Assembly: GCF_000354175.2 (NCBI RefSeq)
Contig: NC_022359.1
Location: forward strand, 630,001-662,000
Source of the DNA: Vibrio alginolyticus NBRC 15630 = ATCC 17749
GTDB taxonomy: Bacteria > Pseudomonadota > Gammaproteobacteria > Enterobacterales > Vibrionaceae
Length of the DNA stretch: 32,000 nt
Reading direction: 5' to 3'
The position numbers and the translations under genes are program-made. Positions 1 to 8,332 of this stretch are shown piece after piece. The notes under the pieces are model-generated. The model saw only the letters and a list, made by a program, of their open reading frames with translations, did not search any database and had not been told where the DNA came from. How positions within the stretch are numbered: the stretch's first letter is position 1; each line of letters begins with the position of its first letter.

Positions 1-314
1 ATCAATCGGCCATTGTGAGCTATCGCCAAGTGTTGTACGCCGCCTTCCAAGATGTCGAAAATGCCTTGTCAGCACGAGAAAAATTGAAGTATCAAGCGGC
101 GCGTTTACAAGAACAATATGATGCCGCAAGTGCCGCTGAGTCCATTTATGCTGCGCGGTATCAGTATGGCTCGACATCGATCATGGACTATTTGAATGCC
201 CAAGAAGACACCAGAAACGCACAAGCTTCTTTGTTGGAGAACCGCTACAACCAGTTTCTCACTCAGGTTACGCTTTACCAGTCTTTAGGAGGAACCGACG
301 TTGCGCCGTTGTAA
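1..314 (+). CDS. C-terminal end of an efflux-system outer-membrane factor (NodT/OprM/TolC family); the 5' part lies outside the window
   Basis: The frame is open from base 3 to the stop at 312-314. The tail (AIVSYRQVLYAAFQDVENAL...LENRYNQFLTQVTLYQSLGG) has the typical C-terminal helical repeat and LYxxLGG ending of outer membrane efflux proteins. Confidence 0.75.
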   Translation, partial: QSAIVSYRQVLYAAFQDVENALSAREKLKYQAARLQEQYDAASAAESIYAARYQYGSTSIMDYLNAQEDTRNAQASLLENRYNQFLTQVTLYQSLGGTDVAPL

Positions 315-370
315 TTAGGGGTCAGCACACACTAGCGAAGCGCCATGCAACAAAGCTTTTTTTGAAGGTA

Positions 371-398
371 TTACTGGTCCCATGAATGGGACCAGTAA
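371..398. terminator. Perfect 12 bp stem / 4 nt loop hairpin between convergent genes; possible bidirectional terminator
   Basis: ttactggtccca-tgaa-tgggaccagtaa. A T-run precedes it on the plus strand, but no U-tail follows in either direction, so its function is uncertain. Confidence 0.4.
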
Positions 399-410
399 TA
401 AAAGCTTAAG

Positions 411-953
411 TTACTTGGCGAACTTCTTGAAAGGTGCATCAACCGGGGTGTCAGCTAGGTGATTGGTGTAGTTACTCATCACTTTTTGCGCTAGACCAAG
501 AACAATTTCAAGCAGTTGCTGCTGTCCGTAACCCGCCGCAAAGAATTTCTCTATCTGAGACTCTTCAACTACACCACGTTGGCGCACCATTTGAAGCGTT
601 GTCTCTCGTAGTGTTTCAAGTTTTTCGTCTGCCAATGGTGTTTGGTTGACGAGAGCATCGACAATCTCCTGATCCACTTTCATTGACGCCGCGATCGCAC
701 TATGAGCAGGAACGCAGTAGTGACAACCATGTTCAACGTTGATGGTTTGCCATACGACGGTCAATTCTTCTGCGTTAAATGATGTTTGTTGAAAGAGCTC
801 ATGCACAACTTGATAACCCTCAAGCAAGGTTGGCGCTTCAGCCATAACAGCATGAAGGTTTGGTAGCATGCCAAACGCTTTGACTGAATTTTCAATCAGG
901 TGCTTTGATCCTTCGGGTGCGTTTTCTGCGGTATACAGTTTAAATTCTGCCAT
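411..953 (-). CDS. Carboxymuconolactone decarboxylase / AhpD-like family protein
   Basis: 180 aa ORF with the AhpD-type core motif EHGCHYCVPAH (CxxC followed by His). It is divergent from a TetR regulator. Confidence 0.8.
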   Translation of the reverse strand: MAEFKLYTAENAPEGSKHLIENSVKAFGMLPNLHAVMAEAPTLLEGYQVVHELFQQTSFNAEELTVVWQTINVEHGCHYCVPAHSAIAASMKVDQEIVDALVNQTPLADEKLETLRETTLQMVRQRGVVEESQIEKFFAAGYGQQQLLEIVLGLAQKVMSNYTNHLADTPVDAPFKKFAK

Positions 954-1010
954 GTTTAAATCTCCTGTAATTGGATATGAGCGGATTAGGCAAGAACAGG
1001 ATAGTTGATT

Positions 1011-1049
1011 TTGAGCGGTCGCTCAATATAAAATTGAGCATATGTTCAA
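1011..1049. promoter_or_regulatory. Two related palindromes, candidate TetR operators in the divergent promoter region
   Basis: TTGAGCGGTCGCTCAA (1011-1026, perfect) and TTGAGCATATGTTCAA (1034-1049, one mismatch). Both lie immediately upstream of the TetR start codon. Confidence 0.5.
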
Positions 1050-1064
1050 AATTGATAATTGCTC

Positions 1065-1664
1065 ATGGCGAATACAAAGAAATTCCAACGTGATGAAGTG
1101 GTGAAAGCCGCCTCGGATCTATTCTGGAAGAAAGGTTTTCATGCAACATCTACACGTGATTTACAAGATAGCGTGAATCTGCGTCCTGGAAGTATTTATG
1201 CGACGTTTGGGTCAAAAGAGGGGCTATATTGTGAAGCGCTAAAAATGTACGTTGCGAACTTGCAAGCCCTGTTTGAGTTGCATTTAGCTCAGAACACAAC
1301 GGTTCTAGATGCAATAGAAGCTTTCGCGATTGATGTGGTTATCAATCAGCGAGACTCCAATCCCAGTGAAGTGTGCATGTTAGTCAAATCAGCAAGTGAA
1401 TTTGCTGAGGATTTTAATGCGCTGCGCAATCAAACAATCAGCTTAGCAAACCAATTTGAATCTTTTCTTGCAAAGCTGTTTGAGCGAGCAATCGAGAATG
1501 GCGAAATTGAAGCCCAGGATACATTGCTTCTTGCTCAGTTGTTCCAGGTTCAGTTTACGGGTATACGAGCCTACTCATACCGCAGTGATGATGTAACCTT
1601 AAAGACGTTGATCTCTATTATGGTGGACAGCTTCCGCGGTAACGTACCAAAAACAGAAAGCTGA
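1065..1664 (+). CDS. TetR/AcrR family transcriptional regulator
   Basis: N-terminal HTH segment FWKKGFHATSTRDLQDSVNLRPGSIYATFGSKEGLY. The ORF track starts at TTG 1059; the in-frame ATG at 1065 is more likely. Confidence 0.9.
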   Translation: MANTKKFQRDEVVKAASDLFWKKGFHATSTRDLQDSVNLRPGSIYATFGSKEGLYCEALKMYVANLQALFELHLAQNTTVLDAIEAFAIDVVINQRDSNPSEVCMLVKSASEFAEDFNALRNQTISLANQFESFLAKLFERAIENGEIEAQDTLLLAQLFQVQFTGIRAYSYRSDDVTLKTLISIMVDSFRGNVPKTES

Positions 1665-1751
1665 ATGAGGCTGCTCAAAGTCAACGTCTCTAAATCAACG
1701 GCTTGAAGTAAGTGAGCTCAAATAAAACCGTTATCGGGGTTCGATATCGAT

Positions 1752-1784
1752 AAAAAATGACCACGAAGCATCGTGGTCATTTTT
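1752..1784. terminator. Bidirectional rho-independent terminator between the TetR gene and tlh
   Basis: aaaaa-atgaccacga-agca-tcgtggtcat-tttt: a 10 bp perfect stem flanked by an A-run and a T-run. Confidence 0.75.
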
Positions 1785-1819
1785 ATGCAGATTAATTTGC
1801 AATGAACAACAACGGCTTA

Positions 1820-3076
1820 TTAAAAGCGAAACTCTTCTAAGTTATTGCTGCTTTCTAACATTTTTTCAGCCACATAACGATGCGTTGCTGTGGTTGGGTG
1901 AGTCACATCCCAGAACACGAACTTATCTGCGCCAGATGCTGCACATTCAGAACGTAATGAGTGAGTGTACATGTAGTCAACAGAGGATGAACGGTTGATG
2001 TCTAAGCAAGGGTCGCTTGCATTTACGAAACCGTGTTCTTCTGGTGCCGAGGTTAACTTCTCAAACAGTGCGTGTGTATCAAACAATGCGATGTTGTAGC
2101 CTTGGGCTTTGTAGTACATCGCTTGTGCTTTGATGAACTCGTTCATCTTCAATACTTTCGCACGAATCGTTTCAATTTCTTCCTGTGTTGAGTATTTGAA
2201 CTGTGGTGCTTTGGTTGCATCAGGCAGTGTCATCAACATGAAGTTCTTCGCGCCAGCGTCTGTTAAACGAATCAGAGCTTCAGCGTAATCCGCTTTTACT
2301 TCCGGCACGCTACGGTTGTAGTTCATGAAATCATTTAAACCAAACTCTAACGTAAACAATGTGTTAGCAGGGTTGTAGTTCTTCGCCAGCTTTGTGTAGG
2401 TTAAGTAAGAAGAAACTTGTTCGCCGACACCAGTTAGCGCGATGTATTGGTTTTCACCTGCTGCGCCACCAACTGCCCAGTTGTATAGCGGTAAGTTTTT
2501 GGCTTTAGCAACGTATTCCGTCCAAACAAAACCGTTTGAGAAGTGACCCAAGAACCAGCTATTCGGGTTAGGGAAGCGCCATTGGGACGCGTTAAAGATG
2601 TTGCCTGTATCAGACAAGCTATCGCCCAAAGCCACTACCTTGTTGATTTGATCTGGTTGCATTGCAGCATCATTGCTCCAGATCGTGTGGTTATAAGAAT
2701 AACGATTGTCAGCAGCAAAAAATGTAATGTCTGCGTTCTCGTTCGCTAGATCTAGTGTTTCTTCACAACGCTGGCGAATTACGTTTTGTGAGGTATTGGT
2801 GTAGAACATGTTTTTAAATGAGACAGAGCTCCACCAATAACCATCGATAGTGAAGTCACTACCATCTTGGTTTTTTGCCCATTTCCAATCGGTAGCCGCA
2901 TCGTCCTTAGAGTGGCTCGTACGATACCAGCATCGAACGTACGTATAAGTTTGATTTTCTTGCGCGCTAACCACTTCAGCCGCAGAAACCATTGCCGGTG
3001 ATAAAGTTGGCTCCTCTGCAATGGCGGAGGCAAGCGGAAGTAATGCAGTTAATAGTGTGATTGTTTTTTTCATCAT
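1820..3076 (-). CDS. tlh: Thermolabile hemolysin / lecithin-dependent phospholipase (SGNH/GDSL hydrolase)
   Basis: The 418 aa product is recognisably collinear with V. parahaemolyticus TLH from memory (MMKKTITLLTALLPLASA..., GDSLSDTGN block, C-terminal FWDVTHPTTATHRYVAEKML). It has a signal peptide. Several substitutions relative to the allele I recall suggest a related lineage. Confidence 0.96.
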   Translation of the reverse strand: MMKKTITLLTALLPLASAIAEEPTLSPAMVSAAEVVSAQENQTYTYVRCWYRTSHSKDDAATDWKWAKNQDGSDFTIDGYWWSSVSFKNMFYTNTSQNVIRQRCEETLDLANENADITFFAADNRYSYNHTIWSNDAAMQPDQINKVVALGDSLSDTGNIFNASQWRFPNPNSWFLGHFSNGFVWTEYVAKAKNLPLYNWAVGGAAGENQYIALTGVGEQVSSYLTYTKLAKNYNPANTLFTLEFGLNDFMNYNRSVPEVKADYAEALIRLTDAGAKNFMLMTLPDATKAPQFKYSTQEEIETIRAKVLKMNEFIKAQAMYYKAQGYNIALFDTHALFEKLTSAPEEHGFVNASDPCLDINRSSSVDYMYTHSLRSECAASGADKFVFWDVTHPTTATHRYVAEKMLESSNNLEEFRF

Positions 3077-3542
3077 TCACTCTTCTTGTAATGGTTATTG
3101 TTCCGAATGCGTGAATACGCTCGGCTATAACAGTATTTAGATGAGAATTTTTCTCACTAAACCTTCTAATTCTGAGTAAATGCTCAAGACAGTCAACAAC
3201 TAAATATTCAATATTTCAGTTTTGGCACCACGGTCAAAAAATCCATTCAGCATAGCAATCGATTAAATGGGTGATATTTAGAATAATTACTCACTAACAT
3301 TAATTTAACATTCACTTTTTGTTAATTAAGTAATTGCTTTATAAGGTTTTGTTGATGATTTTTGATGTTAACTTAAAGTGTTTATTGAATGATCTTTTGT
3401 ACAAATTTGTATATTCATGAAACAAATTGTTTGGCATTTTTGCTCTGTAAACTATAGCTGAAGCTCTCATGTAAACATCATGATGATGACTTTTCATGAG
3501 AATATAGTGAATAAAAATTAGCTCAAATAAGGAATAGGGCAA

Positions 3543-5573
3543 ATGCACTACACAACAAGTAAAAAACAAGGCTTATTTTCGTTGTCTGCCGTAGCAATAG
3601 CACTGACCACTTCGATGTCAGCGTTTGCGGCTCCACCAATGGGATTTGATGAATCTAAGTTACCGACGAAGTACATCGTCAAATTCAAAGAAGATGCAGT
3701 CAGCCGTTCTTCAATGGGGGGTAACTCATTCTGGGGGCCACGAATCGCGCAGGAGTCTGCTCTAGAACAGGTGAAGGCACGTAAGGTGGAAAAACTGGGC
3801 AATCGCGCCATTTACAGCGTTGAATTGGATGGCGATGACTTAGAGCCGCTTCGCAACCGTAGTGATGTGGAATACGTGGAAGTCGATCCACCTCGCTATT
3901 TGCTCAGCGAAACGACCCCATGGGGATATGAAGCGGTTAATGCTCAACTGTTAGCTGACTTCAATGCGGGTAATCGCACTGTATGTATTATCGATTCAGG
4001 GTACGACATTTCGCACAACGACCTAAGCGGTAACCGCGTTGCTGGTACTAACGATAGTGGTACGGGATCATGGAGTGATCCGGGTAACAACAATGCCCAC
4101 GGTACTCACGTCGCGGGTACGATTGCTGCGATTGCCAACACCGAAGGTGTAAAGGGTGTGATGCCAAACCAGAATGTTAATTTGCACATCGTGAAAGTAT
4201 TTAACGAATCGGGTTGGGGTTACTCATCTGGGCTTGTTAAAGCAATCCAGACCTGTGCCGATAATGGTGCTAACGTTGTGAACATGAGCCTTGGTGGTAG
4301 TCAATCAAGCCGAACTGAGCAAAATGCACTGCAAAATATTTACGATCAAGGCGTTCTATTGATCGCCGCTGCGGGTAATGATGGCAATACAGCGCACAGC
4401 TATCCAGCTTCTTATGACTCAGTGATGTCTGTTGCGGCTGTTGATAATCAAAATGATCATGCGGCGTTCTCACAATCTACTAATCAAGTTGAGATCTCAG
4501 GCCCGGGTGTGGCGATCTTATCAACGGTTACGGTAGGTGAAGGTAAACTTTCTGATATTACCTTGAATGGTGTAAGCCAGTTTGATCGTGGGATTGTTCC
4601 TCACAATCGTTTGATCAATAACGGTTCTTCGTATGTTCCGGATCCAATCGCGGGTTCAGTAACGGCAACGCTAGATAGCTGTGATGTCTCTGGCGGTAAC
4701 TTTAACTGTGGTGATATGTCGGGCAAAATTTGTTTGACTGAGCGTATCGGCAACCAGTCTTCAGGAAACTACCCTGAAGTAGATGCGGTTCAGGCTTGTT
4801 ACAATGCGGGTGCGCGAGCTGCAATCGTATACAGCAACTCTGAACTACCTGGTTTACAAAACCCTTTCTTGGTAGACACAAACAACGCTTATCGTATGGT
4901 TTCGGTAACGGTTGATCGTGCATTTGGTCAAGAGCTATTGGGGTATGTTGGTCAGGAAATTACTGTTGCAACAACCTCTGGTGAAGATTACGAGTACTAC
5001 AATGGTACATCAATGGCGACACCGCACGTAACGGGCGTAGCTGGCTTGGTGTGGAGTTACCACCCAACCTGTACAGCAGCGCAAGTACGTAATGCCCTAG
5101 TGAAAACTGCAACAGATATTGATGTTGCTGGTCGAGACAACCGTACTGGCCACGGCCTAGTTAATGCTGAAGCGGCGAAGCTGTTCTTGGACGCTGGCTG
5201 TAATGGACCTGATGGTGGTAGCTCTTCGGACTCTAGCTTCTCAAATACCAGCCCTGTTGCGATTCCAGATAATAAATCTTCTGGCGCAATCAGTGCAGTA
5301 GAAGTCGATCGCTCTGGTGATTCAGGCACAGTAAGTATTGACGTTGATATTAGCCACACTTACATCGGTGATCTACGAGTGACTTTAACGTCACCGACTG
5401 GTGGAGAAGTTGTACTTCACAATAATACTGGCGGCAGCGCTAACGATATAAAAAACACGTTCCAAGCGGATTTTTCTGGTTTTGAATCGCAAGGTACATG
5501 GGAACTAAAAGCGGTGGACAGTGCCAGAAGAGACACAGGCACCATCAACAGTTGGACTCTGACCTTTCAATAA
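3543..5573 (+). CDS. prtA: Secreted alkaline serine protease, subtilase S8 family, with an N-terminal I9 propeptide, an inserted PA domain and a C-terminal proprotein-convertase P-domain
   Basis: Signal peptide present. The catalytic triad motifs are CIIDSGYD (Asp), HGTHVAGTIAA (His) and GTSMATPHVTG (Ser). A PA-like insert carries GKICLTERIG...AGARAAIVYSN. The P-domain tail reads HTYIGDLRVTLTSPTGGEVVLHN...GTWELKAVD. Its position divergent from tlh matches the V. parahaemolyticus PrtA locus as I recall it. Confidence 0.88.
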   Translation: MHYTTSKKQGLFSLSAVAIALTTSMSAFAAPPMGFDESKLPTKYIVKFKEDAVSRSSMGGNSFWGPRIAQESALEQVKARKVEKLGNRAIYSVELDGDDLEPLRNRSDVEYVEVDPPRYLLSETTPWGYEAVNAQLLADFNAGNRTVCIIDSGYDISHNDLSGNRVAGTNDSGTGSWSDPGNNNAHGTHVAGTIAAIANTEGVKGVMPNQNVNLHIVKVFNESGWGYSSGLVKAIQTCADNGANVVNMSLGGSQSSRTEQNALQNIYDQGVLLIAAAGNDGNTAHSYPASYDSVMSVAAVDNQNDHAAFSQSTNQVEISGPGVAILSTVTVGEGKLSDITLNGVSQFDRGIVPHNRLINNGSSYVPDPIAGSVTATLDSCDVSGGNFNCGDMSGKICLTERIGNQSSGNYPEVDAVQACYNAGARAAIVYSNSELPGLQNPFLVDTNNAYRMVSVTVDRAFGQELLGYVGQEITVATTSGEDYEYYNGTSMATPHVTGVAGLVWSYHPTCTAAQVRNALVKTATDIDVAGRDNRTGHGLVNAEAAKLFLDAGCNGPDGGSSSDSSFSNTSPVAIPDNKSSGAISAVEVDRSGDSGTVSIDVDISHTYIGDLRVTLTSPTGGEVVLHNNTGGSANDIKNTFQADFSGFESQGTWELKAVDSARRDTGTINSWTLTFQ

Positions 5574-5582
5574 GGAGTGACT

Positions 5583-5945
5583 ATGAAGAAGTTGACCTTA
5601 CTTTCTTTGTCTGTGGTAGGCGCTACCGCACTATTGGCAATCGGACTGAGCTCAAGCAGCTTGGCAAACAATCAAGGATTTCCTCTCGTGGATGAACGCC
5701 AAGATCAAGCCGAGCAGCAACCTGCACGTTACTTTGTTAAGTATCATGAAGGAAAAGAGAGCGAAGTGAGAGCGCTTCTTCGTCAGCACAACATTGAAGT
5801 GGTCGATGCTCTGGTGAAACAACATGTGTTGATTGTGGTGGGTGAACAGGCGGAAGTCGATAAGCTCGCGGATCACGATGCGGTCGAATACACTGAGCAA
5901 GAGCCGACAAGAAAGCTGCTATCTAACGGAAATACGCTTCAATAA
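5583..5945 (+). CDS. Small secreted protein resembling a free-standing subtilase propeptide (peptidase inhibitor I9-like)
   Basis: An AAGGAG Shine-Dalgarno sequence overlaps the prtA stop, and the ATG at 5583 is 9 nt after that stop. The signal peptide is MKKLTLLSLSVVGATALLAIGLSSSSLA. The mature part aligns by eye with the PrtA propeptide (ARYFVKYHEG vs TKYIVKFKED; DAVEYTEQEPTRKLL vs SDVEYVEVDPPRYLL). The ORF track start of 5577 is an upstream GTG. Confidence 0.7.
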   Translation: MKKLTLLSLSVVGATALLAIGLSSSSLANNQGFPLVDERQDQAEQQPARYFVKYHEGKESEVRALLRQHNIEVVDALVKQHVLIVVGEQAEVDKLADHDAVEYTEQEPTRKLLSNGNTLQ

Positions 5946-5969
5946 GCCAAACCTCCTTAAGATAGTGCC

Positions 5970-6010
5970 AAAAAGAAAAACGCCCCTCACGTGAGGGGCG
6001 TTTGTTTCAT
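5970..6010. terminator. Bidirectional rho-independent terminator between the prtA operon and phnX
   Basis: aaaaagaaaaa-cgcccctcacgtgaggggcg-tttgttt: a GC-rich perfect inverted repeat with an A-run upstream and a T-run downstream. Confidence 0.85.
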
Positions 6011-6030
6011 TTGTTAGTGGAAGATGAAGA

Positions 6031-6846
6031 TTACGGACGCTCACCTGCTGCTAGGCGACGTTCGATATCTGCAACCACTTCTGGGAAGTCAGCAATGGTG
6101 TCGATGAGGTAGTGCGGCGAGCTCTTGAGCAATTTTGCACGCGCTTTTTCACGAGCGGCATTAAGCGTTGCTTCGTCCGCAGCTTGGTATTCTTCAAACG
6201 TTAGACCTGCTTCGTTACCAGAAAGCAGCAAGCCAACGGTCCACATACCGGCGTTGTGACCTTCATCGATGCCTGGGGCTGCGTCATCCACTTTGATACA
6301 CGCGTTAACGTCCGTTACATTCAGCTCAATCACGTTCTTCAGTGCCATAAATGGTGCTGGGCGACCACCTTGAGGCAGGTCATCCGTTGCTACTACGTAA
6401 TCCGGTTTGTATCCGTAATCCGCCGCCACTGGAATCAGCACGTCCATCACTTGGCGGGGGTAACCAGAACAAGAACCGATCTTGATGCCTTTGTCTTTCA
6501 GATCGTTTACAACTTCAATCGCATTAAGGATTGGCTCTGCGTGGTCTGCCACTTTTGCTTTTTGCAGCGGCATAAATGCTGCGTAGATAGCGTCGATGTC
6601 TTCGCTGGTCATTGAGCGACCAAACTTCTCATTCCAGCGCTTATCAACGGCAGGAATACGACCCACTGCTTGGATGTGATCCCACTTGCCAAGCCCCATT
6701 GGTTCGCGCGCTTCTTCAAGGTCGATTTCGAAATCAAAGCCTTGTTTGAATGCTTCCACAAAGATGCTGGTTGGTGCAAAAGAGCCGAAATCGACGATAG
6801 TGCCAGCCCAGTCAAAGATCACTGCTTGAATTGGTGATTTGTTCAT
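6031..6846 (-). CDS. phnX: Phosphonoacetaldehyde hydrolase (phosphonatase), HAD superfamily
   Basis: HAD motif I is [15 protein letters not shown], and length and overall sequence are typical of PhnX. The ORF track start at 6852 is TTG. The ATG at 6846, with AAGGAT 5 nt upstream, is the likelier start. Confidence 0.92.
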   Translation of the reverse strand: MNKSPIQAVIFDWAGTIVDFGSFAPTSIFVEAFKQGFDFEIDLEEAREPMGLGKWDHIQAVGRIPAVDKRWNEKFGRSMTSEDIDAIYAAFMPLQKAKVADHAEPILNAIEVVNDLKDKGIKIGSCSGYPRQVMDVLIPVAADYGYKPDYVVATDDLPQGGRPAPFMALKNVIELNVTDVNACIKVDDAAPGIDEGHNAGMWTVGLLLSGNEAGLTFEEYQAADEATLNAAREKARAKLLKSSPHYLIDTIADFPEVVADIERRLAAGERP

Positions 6847-6926
6847 GTTCAATCCTTTTTCTTACTTGCCAGAGCGCTTGCCTACACGTTTGAACTGCAC
6901 TCTGAATCAATTGGTTTTTGTTGAGG

Positions 6927-8306
6927 TTAGAAGTAGTTAAAGTCTTTACACACTTTGGCGATCGCTTCTTCGAAGATCGCCAACGCTTCTGTCAGTTGTT
7001 CGCGGGTGATGATCAGCGGTGGGCTGAGTTGAATCACGTTACCTTGCGATACCTTGAAGCTCACCCCATTGTTGAGGCATTGGTACAGCACAGCTTCCGC
7101 TTCGTCATACGCGCGTGCTTTGCTTTCGTGGTCAGTAACCAGTTCAATTCCCCATAACATGCCGATGCCACGCACATCACCAATCACTGGGTATTTGGCT
7201 TTCATCTCTAGCAGCTTTTCACGCATGAACTGGCTGTCGGCTTTGGCTTTATCTAGTAAGCCGCCTTGCTCAATGGCTTCCATGGTTGCCAGTGCTGCAG
7301 CACAACCGATAGGGCTTTTCTCATGAGTGTAGTGACCCATGGAGATTTGCTCGGCGGTGTTGTATTTGTCTTTGGTTACCATGGCTGCGATAGGCACTAG
7401 GCCTCCGCCTAAACCTTTACCGATGCAGAGCATATCTGGCTCGATGTCGTAGGCTTGGTAGGTAAACCATTCACCGCTGCGACCCATGCCGTTAGGGATG
7501 TCGTCGATGATCAGCATGACATTGTGTTTGTCACAGATTTCGCGGATGCGTTTCCAGTAGGCTTTACTCGGCACTTGAACATCCGTGTTGCGGACCGCTT
7601 CTGCGATAAATGCGCCCACGCCGCCTTCTTTCTCAATCACGTATTCAAGGTAGTCGGCATAATGCACATCGCTACCGTCGGCAACTGGGAAAGCACCACG
7701 GTAAGACACTGCTGGTGGAATGCGTTCAACACCTGCCATTAATGGTCCCATGCCTTGGCGGAAACACGCTTCGCCACCTACTGAAATGGCATCCAATGAT
7801 GCGCCGTGGAAGGAATCCCACAGAGACACCACCTTGTAGTTGCCCGTGATGTGGCGCGCTAGTTTAAGCGCCATGCCAACCGCAGATGTGCCACCCGGAG
7901 CAAACAGCACGCGGTTCAATTCGCCGCCACAGATTTGGGTGAGTTTTTCGGCGCATTCAATCGCGGTCTCGTTGGTAAAACGACGTGGTGAAAACGGCAG
8001 TTTGGCAATTTGCTCTTGCACTCGTTTAATCACATGCGGGTGACCGTAGCCCAATTGATGGACGTTATTGCCATGGAAGTCCATGTACTTTTTGCCCGTG
8101 GCATCTTGGATGTAGATGCCTTCCGCTGCTTCCAAGTTATCTAAGCAAGGCGTCGACATGGCTTGATGAAGAAAGACCTCCGAATCACGCTTCAACAATG
8201 CTTGCGTGCGTTCGTCGTCCATCGATGCATTCCAAGCTTGGCGCGCCGGTGTCGTGTTGACATCGCCTTCACTACGAAAATGGGTCGGTTTGATGTTCTG
8301 AGTCAT
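6927..8306 (-). CDS. pbfA: Class-III aminotransferase-fold PLP enzyme located between phnW and phnX; probably PbfA-type (R)-1-hydroxy-2-aminoethylphosphonate ammonia-lyase
   Basis: 459 aa with class-III aminotransferase hallmarks: DDIPNGMGRSGEWF, and the PLP-lysine region CIGKGLGGGLVPIAA. The fold assignment is confident. The PbfA function is inferred from the gene sitting inside a phnW-phnX cluster, as described for Vibrio splendidus. Confidence 0.7.
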   Translation of the reverse strand: MTQNIKPTHFRSEGDVNTTPARQAWNASMDDERTQALLKRDSEVFLHQAMSTPCLDNLEAAEGIYIQDATGKKYMDFHGNNVHQLGYGHPHVIKRVQEQIAKLPFSPRRFTNETAIECAEKLTQICGGELNRVLFAPGGTSAVGMALKLARHITGNYKVVSLWDSFHGASLDAISVGGEACFRQGMGPLMAGVERIPPAVSYRGAFPVADGSDVHYADYLEYVIEKEGGVGAFIAEAVRNTDVQVPSKAYWKRIREICDKHNVMLIIDDIPNGMGRSGEWFTYQAYDIEPDMLCIGKGLGGGLVPIAAMVTKDKYNTAEQISMGHYTHEKSPIGCAAALATMEAIEQGGLLDKAKADSQFMREKLLEMKAKYPVIGDVRGIGMLWGIELVTDHESKARAYDEAEAVLYQCLNNGVSFKVSQGNVIQLSPPLIITREQLTEALAIFEEAIAKVCKDFNYF

Positions 8307-8332
8307 AACGCTCTCTCAACCAGAAGGCTGCT

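Noticed and set aside
333-345. 13-mer AGCGAAGCGCCAT shared between 333-345 and 29165-29177
   Set aside because: A handful of 13 bp matches is expected by chance in 32 kb when both strands are considered. The match does not extend further.
434-649. 71 aa plus-strand ORF inside the AhpD-like gene
   Set aside because: It is entirely antisense to a well-supported CDS, has no Shine-Dalgarno sequence, and its sequence is low-complexity. This is a typical shadow ORF.
2543-3033. ORFs 2543-2749 (+) and 2779-3033 (-) within tlh
   Set aside because: They are embedded in or out of frame with the confidently identified tlh CDS.
3339-3569. 76 aa minus-strand ORF in the tlh-prtA spacer
   Set aside because: It lies in very AT-rich promoter DNA, overlaps the prtA start, and has an implausible composition (FIHYILMKSHHH...). 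It is most likely a chance ORF.
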